Positions 26,601 to 39,523 of a stretch of DNA of 64,000 nt are shown here, piece by piece (the first letter of the stretch is position 1; each line of letters starts with the position of its first letter). The notes under the pieces are model-generated. The model searched no databases and had not been told where the DNA came from. It worked only from the letters and a program-made list of their open reading frames with translations. The position numbers and the translations under genes were made by a program. The DNA comes from the human T2T-CHM13v2.0 reference genome, Homo sapiens. The stretch lies in assembly GCF_009914755.1 (NCBI RefSeq), contig NC_060928.1; one strand, written 5' to 3'.

Positions 26601-28430
26601 AAGCAAATAGAAGGAAGAAAATAATAAAGAGTAGAAAATAAATCAATTATATTAAAAGTTTAAAAAATAGAAAAAAAGATGAAACTAAAAGCTGGTTTAT
26701 TTTTTTACAATTGATAACCTCTAGACAGACTGATAAATAATAAGGAAAAAGACATGTATAAATAACATCCACATCCTACTGATATTAGTAAAAGAGAAAA
26801 TATAATCATGTAGCTCAATAGTAAGACACACAGCATAGACATAAAATAAAAACTGTGCTCCAAATACAAACAATAAAATTAGTAAATGGAAAAAAGAGAA
26901 TATTAAAAACTGACCCAGCCAGATAGCTTGTATGGTTATAGAGGAGCCACAGAGCAGTGAGCAGAACAGTGATTGTTTAACAATGTTGTTAAGAAAACTG
27001 CAAATTTATAGAGAAAGATAAATTTAAATTCTCATCTTGCACTTTGCGCAAATGAAACTTGGCATGCAAAGCATATAAAAATGTGAAATGTAATACACTA
27101 AAGTTAATAAAAAATATAAAACATACAAAAGTATTCAGCATAAAGTGAAATATTAATAGATATGAGTATCTAAGAATTGAAGATATTTGCTTTACAAAGA
27201 AGATTTGAGAGAAATATTAAGGGAGAATATTGCAAGAAAAAATACAAGGCAGTGTTATCTAGGACATGAATATTTTTCAAATTTGGAAATCATTTGTATT
27301 TCAAGTTAAAACAATGTACAAAATATGTGAATAGGAAGGGAAATGTCATATATAAAAGAATTATTTATTATTGTATATCTAGCAAATTAAAATAATTACG
27401 AAGCTATATGATGCCAAGTTTTGGCAAGGATAGGAAAAAATAGAAACCGTTTCAGGTGAAAGTACAGCCTGATATAGCAGATATGTGGAACAATTTGCAA
27501 TACATAATAATTATGAGAATGACCAGCAATGCTACACTTGGATATAGAAACATCATGCACAGATCCATAGAAGAGTATGTATTAATATGTTCATTACAGC
27601 ATTATTTTGATCATGAAACCTGGAAGCATCCTATGTGTATATTTCTGGGAAATAAATTTAGAAAAATTAATAGACATGCTTTTTAACTACTTAATAGATA
27701 AACTACTGAAATAAACACATTATTTAAAACTAATAGACATGTATCATGGAGCAATTCAGAAGCAGGGACCATGAAGTGTGGACTAGAGCAATAACATAAT
27801 GCTATTAATATAATTTTAAAGACACACTCACAAAACAATATTTTACAGTTTACAACAACACATACATATCCCAGAAAAAATATGACACATGTTAAAGTGA
27901 TACTTATGGTGGAGGAAGAGTGAGGAAAAAATGGATTTAGGGATCAAGGATGAAGGAAAAGGCAAATAAAATACAGCAATAAAGGTGACTCAGCCCAATA
28001 GGATAGTGTGACATGACCTGCGTAATACAGCCTCTGTATTTGACCCCCCCAACACACACTCATACACACCACTCACACAAACACACAGATGCACAAAAAG
28101 TTGAAAACAATTATGGTATATTCATACAATAAAATATTGTGAGGTATTAAAAATAATGAAGTGCTGGATAGATAAGAATCTCAAATGTATATTATTAAGG
28201 TAAAATATCAAAGCCCTGAACTGTGTGAAGAACATGGTACTATTTGCATTATTAAATAGAACATATGAGAAAATGCTTGCATAGCACAGTCTGACTCTGA
28301 GAGGACAGAGAAGAAAATGGTAACAGTGATTACTTCCAGGAAAGATAACTAGATATCTGTCAGACAGCAGTGGGAGGCAAGATTAACATTGTACTGCATA
28401 TTGTTTCTTTTAAATTTTGTGCTTTGCTTG
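23700..28430 (+). mobile_element. Cluster of old L1M/L1MC/L1ME fragments (ORF2, a 5'/ORF1 piece at ~25370-26520, and 3'UTR pieces)
   Basis: A-rich; ORF1 remnants ('cctagacatatcctattcaaa', 'tgtcaacccagatctccatacc') and ORF2 remnants ('aattaaacccaaagcaaatagaagg'). Confidence 0.6.
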
Positions 28431-29716
28431 CCCAACCAATCAAACACATAAATAAAATGTGTTGTTAAAGAAAACTTACACCAATAAAATAATTGTCTAC
28501 TTGAAATCAGCAATGAGTTTATTCTAGGCTAAGTTACTGGCAGGACTAAAAAATATAAATACTTAAAAAGTATAGAAAATGCCCATGCTTTATTTCAAAT
28601 TTATTGTGTGTTCAAATACAGCCCATCTTTATCTATGCCTGCAACTCTACGTTTTATAGTATTTACTATATTACAATTCTTCAAAGAAAACTTCGCCTAT
28701 CATGAGTCACAATTTCATTTAGAATTCAAAATAATTAGTAGGATAGTAATCATTCATTTTAAGATATACACCAGCATTTTCAATTTTAAATAGCCAAGGA
28801 TCTCTAGATGCTAAGGGGCTCAAACAATTCCCCATGTCAATACCAAATGCATTGAGGTGCAGATGTGCAGGGAAGCTTACCAATGTGAGAACCAATTCCA
28901 ATTACTGTCTCTCCCTGAAGTACTTTCATGCAGATATTCACTTTAATCTCAAAAGCCATTCACTTAAATTGTCCCTGATATGTCATTACTCATTGCTCTC
29001 TGTAACACTCTCAGATTTCCATCAACTTGCACTCAAAAAGCTCCAAGTCATTAAATTGGAGAAAATTTCTTTCTTAAGTCTCTCTATTCAACTCACTTCA
29101 CTGGTAGGGGCCATTTCTATCTTGGGACTAGCTTACAAAAACTTCATGTTAGTCAGTATTTCTAGAGCAGAATCTATAATTAGTGGAGCCATCAAAGATT
29201 GCCTTTACTCAGGATTTGGACGTTGACTTATTTTGATCATACCATCATCAAAATAAGTGATTACCCTATTTTACTCTTAAAGAAGTGTACAAGAATAAGA
29301 AAAGAAAAATTGAGATCAATCCTAAAGGAGATTTATACTTTCCTAGATTTGGTTATCAGATTATTAAAATGATTAGAAAGATAAACTAAAATTTAGCTTA
29401 AAAAATAAAGTTTTTTAACCCTTAGTATGTTAACAAAGATATCAGCATATTTCTTTGCTTAATAATTGAAATGGCAATTGCTAACACAGATAATACCTAG
29501 ATTATAATGAGATTGTTATGCTATTTACAAAATTTGGAGAGAAGCTCAATACCATTAACTTTGGTAATATTTTCAAAAGGAAATATGTTTAAGAAGATAA
29601 GTTGGAAACCCAATGTTGTTTCTAATTTTCACATAATAAAAGCAATAAAAATTAAAACAAAACAGACAACCTGGAATAAATCATATTGCATTTTCTTCCA
29701 CATAGACAGAAAATGA

Positions 29717-30061
<345 letters not shown>

Positions 30062-30079
30062 TGTGTAATCAATTTCAAA

Positions 30080-30300
30080 TATCAGCAAGTTTTCTCTGTA
30101 AAGGGCCAGATATTAAATATTTCAGGTTTTGTAGGCCACTTGGTCTTTGTCACGACCGCTCAACTCTGCCACTGCAGTGCTGAAGGAGCCACAGACAACC
30201 GGTAGATGAATAGACATGGTTGGATTCCAGTGAAATTTTATTTGGAAAAACAGGAGGCAGGCTACATTGGCCTACTGGTATATGGTAGTTTGCCTACTCT
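30080..30300. mobile_element. MER58A (hAT-Charlie MITE)
   Basis: 'ctgtaaagggccagata..aaatattt.aggtttt', 'ctcaactctgccactg', 'tagtttgcc'. Confidence 0.85.
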
Positions 30301-30356
30301 AATCTACTTGATAGGTTTATCTACTTGATTAATCTATTGACAGATCTTGTGAGGAG

Positions 30357-30941
30357 TGTTAGGCTCAGACACCAATACCCCAAAATCTGGTGCTTTGACA
30401 TCGTAACTAAAGAAGCTTCAGGGTCTCTCTGATGACCCCCACCTCCAGTCTCTCTCCCAAAGCACAGGGAGAAGTTGTTCTCTGAAATTCCGTGATCTGC
30501 CTAAAGTCTGGACCTACCAAAGGCGAAAACAGTTACCTCTGGTCCCTTCCCTGAGTTTGTATTAACTGAACTTATTGGAGGAAAAAAACCGGAAATCTGT
30601 CAATAAATCTGGACAGACTTTTGTCACAAACCATTGTCTGCTCTGAAAGCCCAACAGACTATCCCTGGCCACTGTATGTTGTTCAAGTCCATTGAATTCC
30701 CCTAAAAATAATTTACTAACCCCCTAAAATAATCCATACATCCGCATCTCCATGTCCCTTAACTAGAAGGGTATATAACCATCTGTACCCCCATTGTGTG
30801 GTGGCTAATTACTCTATGACCCTCCTTTGTGCATGCTAATAAGTTGTATGCCATTTCTCTTATTAATTTACCTTTTTTGAGTTGATATTTTCCAGTCACC
30901 TTTCAGAGGGTGAAGGGGAAGTTTTTCCCTTGGCCCCTACA
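30357..30941 (+). mobile_element. ERV1 solo LTR (MER39/MER34-like)
   Basis: TG...CA termini ('tgttaggctcag...' to '...cccttggcccctaca'); near-TSD ggag/agag. Confidence 0.8.
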
Positions 30942-32106
30942 AGAGCAAAATTATTTCAAAACTCCAAATCTTATCAGCAGTGTGCCATCTGTGACTGAGA
31001 TGCCCTTGATTCATGGGAGCAAAAGCACCCATCTGATATTCTGACATTGTTTGTTTTATATTTTATTCTTATGCATTAATCTTCCTCTCCTTTCCGATAT
31101 ACATCAGTTATAAGTGGTGGGTGAATAAATTTATTTTTTCATTTAACAATTTATTTTCTGATCTATTGTGAAGATTTCATAAAGAACACCATATGGTTAG
31201 AGCAAATATTCTACAGAATTTCAGTTCTGTTATTAAAATATTATATCATGAAGAGTAAATGTATGATAAAAATAACTGAAGGGATATAATCAAGGTTCCC
31301 ATGTCACAGTTAAGATGTTTTGTCTTGCTACATATAAAGCTTCTGTTTCTCCTGTGAGTCCAGAAAATAATAAACCCTTCTTAGATGAGCAGAAAGATAA
31401 TGGAAAGACATTGTGGTGAAATAATGGTTACATTAGTATAAGAATGAAAATAAATACTATAATCATAATGAACTATGCTGGTGCATCACAGCTTGTCATC
31501 AACAGAGTCTAAATCAGACTATAAGGTGAGAGAAAAATGGCAAAGAGGTGTTGAAGGCAAGAGATCTGAACTGGTGCCAGGATGGCCAGATGGGCACAGG
31601 CCTTCCTGGGTCTCAGGTTCTACCAATTCCACTCCTCCTACTGGCCAAAGGGAAGATACCAGGGCTCTCATAGGAATGTGCTTTATCTTCATCAATGTGC
31701 CTGAAAAGGGAGATTATCATCACTATTTCTAATTCAATATCTTCTTCCTTCTGCCACATCCGGTGCTGTGATTCTTCTTAGGTATTCACGGCCAGCCATT
31801 GTAGGTATTGATCAGACATGAACACTGCAATCATGTTACTAAAAATTGGCTGTAGAGAAGAAAGGGGTATCAAAATTGGGGTACTGAGGATTCTTATAAA
31901 AGCTGTCCTCTCTGCCAGGGAGCAAGTTTCCCTCCTCTCTTCTGAACATAGTTTCCCATTGTCCATGCATGTCTGTTTGCTAGAAACAAGAGAAAACATT
32001 TCCTCTCTCCTGGCATAACAGGAAACTATATGTAGGAAAAAATAAAATCTATTGTCCATGGAAAAAATGTTAACAACAACAAAGGTTTGACGTCTCCCCA
32101 GAAAAC

Positions 32107-32111
<5 letters not shown>

Positions 32112-32140
<29 letters not shown>
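32112..32140. repeat. (TG)n microsatellite
   Basis: About 14 uninterrupted TG units. Confidence 0.95.
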
Positions 32141-32142
<2 letters not shown>

Positions 32143-32559
32143 CTCCAGGAACAGGGGTGGGAACTGGATATTGAACTATATTCATACCCACATATTATAT
32201 CCTCAGATGTCATTCAGAACTTACAGGGAGAACATTTTTTTAAAAAAACACCCAATATTCAGAGTTCTTTACAGACACCACATGCATTATTACAAAATAC
32301 ATTTGGTATATCGTTACTTTCATAAAGACTAGATTTTTAAGTAGTTCTGTGCAACCGTGTAGAATATATAACCAAGACCACTATGCATCAGCCTCATCTA
32401 CTGGTTTAACCCTGAAGGAGCATCTTCCTTTGTTCACTGCAGTCTTAGCTGTGCAGGTCCAAAGAGGAGAAGATGGTTCTGCGTGAAAATAATGCAAACG
32501 AAACTATCAAGCAAACTATTTCCTCAGCATCCAGTCTGTACAGCACCCTGTTTTTTCTC

Positions 32560-32975
32560 TGTATTGCTTTATGTTATTACATTGTGCCCTAAACCTTTCT
32601 ACATAGATATGACACCAATACCTGAAACTCAATAGATTTACAACCAAACCATTAATATTTCTCCCTAATATATACCTTCCGTTTCCTAGTTCAGATAATG
32701 ATAGCAATGTCTTTCTAGCATCTTCACTTTCTTCCTCTTCTTCATTCTCCAAATTCAGATGATGGTCATCTTTTTCCACTTTCTACTCCTCCTACTATGA
32801 CCCTAATTCAGACTTTCAGCATCTCTTACCTGAAAAACTACCATAACTTCATAACTGTCTCCTGTTTTATTGCCTCTTTCATACACTGCCACAGTCTGCT
32901 TTCTAAATCTCAGATTTGATCATATTAATTCCTGGTTTGGAAGCTCTCATAGATTCCTTATTGCTTAAAACACCA
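32560..32975. mobile_element. L2 fragment
   Basis: 'cacctgaaactcaa'-like, 'catctcttacctg', 'ctgccacagtctgctttctaaa', 'gatcatatt...ctggttt' L2 motifs. Confidence 0.6.
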
Positions 32976-33139
32976 TTTCCTTGGAAAGTTAGGTTTGGTT
33001 TGTGCTAAGAGGTTTGAAACAGTTGGGAAAGAAGGAAGGCCAGAACATATAGGAAAGTACAAAAATATTTCAAAATGTACAAAAATATTTTTACATCATT
33101 TGGCTTTGCAGGGTTTTTTAATGGACTTATTGTACAAAA

Positions 33140-33500
33140 CAATACTATTTAGGGAAATAAGACAATATATCTATCTGCTTATGTTTTCAAAAACAATCAA
33201 GAAAGAATAAATCAGAAACTAATATGATTAGTTATGTGCAAGGAATAAAATGGAGATGAGATCAAAGTGCGAGCTTTCCTTAATTTGCTAACTGTATGGT
33301 GGTTATGTAAGAGAATATCCTTGTTCTTAGGAAATATATACTAAACTATTAATAGGTAAAGGAACATGGTATACGTGATCTACTCTCAAATGGTTTCGAT
33401 GAAAATAATAACTGTATATGTATGTGTGAATGACTGAGACAGAATAAAATAAAGCCAATTTGGCATGGCGTCAAAAACTGGTCAATCAAGGGTAAAAAAC
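33140..33500 (+). mobile_element. L1ME/L1MC 3'UTR fragments
   Basis: 'gttatgtaagagaatatccttgttcttaggaaata', 'tactctcaaatggtt'. Confidence 0.7.
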
Positions 33501-33575
33501 CATTTTATTTTCCTTTGCAGAACATCTATCACTTGCTGCTGAGGACAAACTAGAAGCCTTTATCCTCAATTCTAA

Positions 33576-33938
<363 letters not shown>

Positions 33939-35372
33939 TGATGAACTTGAACCCCTGTGAGTTTGGTAGTAATTCTGGAACAAGAAAGATTGGCAGTGCT
34001 TGAGTAAAGTTCTTTATCTTTTGACCACAGGTTTGTGGCATTTGTCTAGCAAGTGGTTATTTTTTGCATATTTTCTTTTTGGTGGATATGTTGCAGATAG
34101 TTAATTGTTACTGTAAGCTGTTTTCAGATTTATAGTCTGGTTTCTCATGTATGAAATGAATGTTTCTGAGTTTAAATTTCCTCATCTGCAGAATAAAAGC
34201 AGTTGAGTAATCACTAGATTACATCTCTAAGGTCCTTTCTTCCAAAAAAAAATCCCTTCCATATTTTACTTTCTCAATCTTCTTTTTAATGCAGAGGAAA
34301 TTTAGTTTTCTCATCCACAGCATATCTATATCATGAGGGGAAAAATGTTATTTGTTCATGACTGAGGTGAAGTAAGCTCTGTTGTTATACTTGTTCCTTT
34401 CTATATAATTTTAATTTCTTAATTGAGCCTAGAATTGAAAGAAGCATATTATAACTAGGACTCTAAAAATAGTAACTCATGCCTAAGATTGCTTGCATTC
34501 TTACAAGTAAAAGAAAATTGTTGAAATAATTGACTGGTTGCCAGTCAAATGCTTTTAATTTTTTATAATTTCTCAGCACTGGCCGGCATGGTCATTGTTA
34601 CACAGGTTTGCTGAAGTGAAAATATGGCATTTGCTAAGAAAAAAAAAAGAATTCAGTATCAGGAGTGATGTACAGAATAGATAATTTATACAATCTTTCC
34701 AATGGTAATCAGCATTTGTTTTGTAAATTGTTGAGTAAATAATATAAAAGAATGAATAATTCAGAAACTAATACAATTAGTTATACACAAGGAATAAAAT
34801 GGAGATTAGATCAAAGTGTGAGCTTTGTATTTCCTTGTCCTTTTCTTTTCGTGGGAGAACCTGAAAAGGACTGAACACAAACGCAGCTGAGAAGTGCCCA
34901 TGGGACAAGAATGTGATGGACACTCGGTCTTATTGGGATTCACAGGATCTTAGGGTTTAGATGACAGAAGCTTACAGAACACATCCCAATAACTGCAGGT
35001 CTCCCAGGAAAATCAACAGATCAGCGTTTTATTTCCCTTTTCACCAGTTACTCTTACAGGTCCTGAGATCCTGTGCCATATCTAGAGAGGTTACCTCAGA
35101 AAAAAATTAAGACATTTTATATTTAATTCATTTATTCAATACCCATGTATTAGTACTTATTATACTTAATACTATATACTTAAGTGTTTGTGGTTCTATG
35201 AATCATCAGACAGATTTATCTTCTCAGGAAACTTAATGATTATAAGAAACATTTTACACATTAATCATGATTTGTTTAAATAAAAAGAAGATAATCTGTA
35301 GTAATTAAAATTTTGAAATATAGTATTTTTAGAGTGAAAAGGATATGTATAAATGAGAAAATGCCAAGAACA

Positions 35373-35572
35373 TTTTTTTATTATACTTTAAGTTCTGGGA
35401 CACATATGCAGAATGTGCCAATTTGTTACACAGGTATACACGTGCCATGGTGGTTTGCTGCACCCATCAACCTGTCATCTACATTAGGTATTTCTCCTAT
35501 TGCTATCCCTCCCCTAGCCCCCAACCCCTCAACAGGCCCCAGTGTGTGATATTCCCCTCTCTGTGTCCATGT
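35373..35572 (-). mobile_element. Short L1PA7/8-like 3' end
   Basis: 'ttattatactttaagttctgg...gtgccatggtggtttgctgcacccatcaacc'; possible TSD 'aagaaca'. Confidence 0.9.
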
Positions 35573-36294
35573 GAAGAACACAATTTTTTTAACAAATAAT
35601 TTGTATTGTTCTTGGAGACTTTTGATGAATAGTCTCAAAAAATATATTGACAATCCTGCTTTCTTCTAAACCATGTTCTTAGCATTTTCACATATATTGT
35701 AATTTACCTTGTCAATCTACAAAAGCTTCCATGTTAAAAACTGAAGATGTATTTCCAAGGAACTGTGGGATCAGTATCTTAGAATACTGTTCTTTCACAG
35801 AAAATATTTTTATTTTCTGTAATGACATCCAGCCAACTTCAAGTTTTTAGGATTCAGAACTGTAGCTGGTGTTGACAACATTGTTAATCTTCCTACACGA
35901 ATATTCAAGGGAAAATTACTAAGGTAAACTATGAAAAATTTAGCATCATTTAAAAAAATTACTTTTACTCAAGTAACATTGTCACTGTCTAAATGCCAAA
36001 GTCTTCTTTGTAAAAGTCCTATAATTTGTTAACCACTAAGCAGTTTTTGCTTTCTAAAATATTCTGTACATGTCTTTGAAAGAGAAGATAGCATTATTTT
36101 TAAAGTATTGCTTAATGAAATCATGTTTTGCTATAATAACTTATTTTGGATTCAAGTATAAGTTATAATTGATAGTATTACATAAAACCAGTGTTATATA
36201 TTAGAACAAACTCTACATCAAAAGTGGAAATCATTTTTTTGTGTCAGTTAAAACTCATCAATTTTTAAAAATTGTTTTAGGGAGACTACCCTCA

Positions 36295-37212
36295 TTCATC
36301 TAAAAAAGTCTATAACTCAATAATAAAACGAAAAATTACCCAATTTAAAAAATAGATAAAAAGTCTGAGTAGATCTTCCTCCAAAGGAGATACATCAATT
36401 GCCAATAAACACATGGAGATGTTCACCTAATTCGCTATCCGGGAAATACAAATCAAAACCACAGTGAGACCACTCACTTGTCCCCATTTGGATGATTATA
36501 ATCAAAAAGACACACCATGACAAGGATTTCCAAGGATGTGAAGACACTGGGAAACTCATACATTGTTGGTAGGAATGTCAAATGGTGCAGCCACTTTGGA
36601 AAACAGTTTAGAAGCTTCTCAGAAGGTTAAACACTGAGTTACCATATGACCCATCAATTACACTGTTAGGTATATACCCATGAGAAATGAAAACATATCC
36701 ACACAAAAACTTGTATAGGAATTTTCATAGGAGAATTATTCACATTAGCCAAAAAAGTAGTAATAACTTAAATGTCTATTGTTGAATGGGTAGATAAAAT
36801 GTGGTATATACATACAATGGAACACTATTCACCGGTAAAAAGAAAAGAAATATTGATCCATGCTAAAATATGGGTAACCATGAAAACACTATGCTGCGTG
36901 AAAGACACCAGCCACAGAAGACTATATAGTGTATGATTCTAGCCACGTAAAAGTTCTAAAACAGGCAATTTGTACAGATAAAAAGTAAATTAAAGATTTC
37001 CTAGGTCTGTAGCTGAGAGCAGGGGATGATAGTGAGCAACCACTAATGGGTACTGCACATGGTTTTATTTGGGGGTGACAAAAAAGTTCTAAAATTGGTT
37101 GATTGCAGTGATGGTTACACAAGTCTATGACTCTACTAAAAGCTATTGAGTTGTGCACTTTAAATGGGTGAATTACATGGTGTGTGAAATTATATCTCAG
37201 TACAACTTAAAA
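36295..37212 (+). mobile_element. L1MB 3' fragment
   Basis: ORF2 C-terminal remnants and an L1MB-type 3'UTR ('cactttaaatgggtgaatt...tatatctca'). Confidence 0.8.
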
Positions 37213-37754
37213 AATATCTAAATTAGAGAACATTCAGAAAATACAATTCTGTTATTTTAGTACATGTATTATCTTGATAAAATTGGAAAAGTACTGTTAA
37301 ATAATAACCATCGAAGTTGCTTTAAATGTGTAAGATTCACTTATAATCAATATACTCATTGAATAAAAATTATTCTATTGAAATCTAAAAATTATGTAAT
37401 TTTATCCTTAAAAAAATTAAGCATTTTCTAAGACAGCAAAGTATTAATTTGTTACCTACACTCTTTTCCCAAAATCATTAAATAATTATTAATTTAATGA
37501 AGCCATATTTAACACAAAATTTCATTGAGTTTGTAGTCTATATTACTGGAGATCTATGGGAAAAAAATTTCTAAATTCCTATTTAAATATTAAATTATTC
37601 ATGTGCTTATTCTCTAAAGTTAATTTTACAGCATTGCAATTAGAATACTATTACCAAAAATATTAGGAAGCCACCATATTCTTGGATAAAATTCTAAATA
37701 CATATCCTAGTCATTACAGATATTAAAAACCTTTTAAGAAAAATAAGCAATGTG

Positions 37755-38103
37755 ATGCAGCCATAAACACATAATAAGGTCATGTCCTTTGCAGTAATAT
37801 GGATGGAGCTGGAGAGCATTACTCTAAGCAAATTAGTGCAGGAACACAAAAACAAATACTACATGTTCTCACTTATAAATGGGAGCTAAACATGGAGTAC
37901 ACATGGACATGAAGAAAGGAACAATAGATACTGGTACTATTGAGGGTGGAGATGGGGAGGAGAGTAAGGATTGAAAAACTATCTAGTACTATGCTGGTTA
38001 CCTGGGTAACAAAATTATCTATACACTAAATCCCTGTGACATGAAATTGACCTGTGTATCAAACCTGCATATGTACTCCTTGAACCTAAAAGTCAGAAAA
38101 AAA
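37755..38103 (+). mobile_element. L1MA/L1PB 3' fragment
   Basis: 'catgttctcacttataaatgggagctaaac', 'aaacctgcatatgtac..cttgaacctaaaa'. Confidence 0.8.
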
Positions 38104-38573
38104 TATAAATAACTAGTGTGAATTAAATAAGTTAATATTTTAAAATACTTGATTTAAATACTTTGGTTATGCTTTATGAATAATAATGTTATGCCAACTT
38201 AGCTTCATCTAAATTTTACTATAAAAAGGAACGAAAAATTAATTTCATGCCAAGAAATTATTAGAAAAAGAGGAGCATCTTGGCCACATATGATGTTGAA
38301 AGGATCTTTGTCTATTTGAAATTCTGGACTGAATAAATGTCAGATCAGGAATGGTCACTTCGGAGACAGGCCGTGACAGCTGTTCAATGCTGTCACATAA
38401 CTGCATAAGAGGAAGCAGAGGAATTTGCAAAGAGTTAGTGAGATAGATAAAGCAAAAATTGAAAGCACATCAGTAACCAAACGAAAGAAACAAAAACTAA
38501 AAGAACAAAACTGGACACTGAATTTTAAGGGGAAAAAAATTATACAGTTTTCACACACACACAAAAAAAATGG

Positions 38574-38692
38574 GGCTAGATGCAGTAGTGTGGGTCTGTA
38601 ATCCCAGCTACTTGGGAGGCTGAGGCAGGAGGATTGCTTGAGTCCAGCCCCAGCAACATAGTGAAACCCTGTCTCTAAAAAAAAAAAAAAAA
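38574..38692 (+). mobile_element. Free Alu monomer (FLAM-like)
   Basis: Single monomer 'tgtaatcccagctacttgggaggctgaggcaggaggattgcttgag...' followed by poly(A). Confidence 0.8.
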
Positions 38693-38975
38693 GGAAGGTA
38701 AAAAACTATAAACAAACAAAACCCTTTTGAAAAAAAATGGGTCATGAAGAGATTTATTTCATTCAAAGTTTGCTTCCTCAAAGACTACAAATCATTCGCA
38801 AACACTTAACTCATGGATAGTTTCCATAGTGACACAGAAAACCCAAAATGGAAACAGTTTTTATAGGTTCTTAACCCATATAACAGACAAAACTGTCTAG
38901 AACAGTGGTTACAATTCAGACTATAGATGACTACAAGCAATTCTATAAGAAAAGTGATTGATAAGGAAATGATAA

Positions 38976-39265
38976 CTCAGGGTGTGGTGGCTCAGGCCTG
39001 TAATCCCAGCACTTTGGAAGGCTGAGGAGGTGGATTGCTTGAGCCCAGGATTCAAGACCAGTCTGGGCAACATGGCAAAACCCTGTCTTTACAAAAAAAA
39101 AAAAAAAAAATACAAAATCCAGCCAGGCGTGGTGGTGCACGCCTGTATTCCCAGCTACTCAGGAGGCTGAGGCAGAAGGATCACTTAAGCCTGAGAAGTT
39201 GAGGCTGCAGTGAGCTGTGATTGCACCACTGCACTCCAGCCTGGGTGACAAAGTGAGACCCTGTC
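38976..39265 (+). mobile_element. AluJ
   Basis: 'ggattgcttgagcccagga', 'ttgaggctgcagtgagctgtgattgcacc'. Confidence 0.9.

Positions 39266-39523
<258 letters not shown>

Noticed and set aside
28834-29226. 130-aa ORF in non-repeat DNA
   Set aside because: Leu/Ser-rich with no recognisable family or clear splice signals; this length is compatible with chance.
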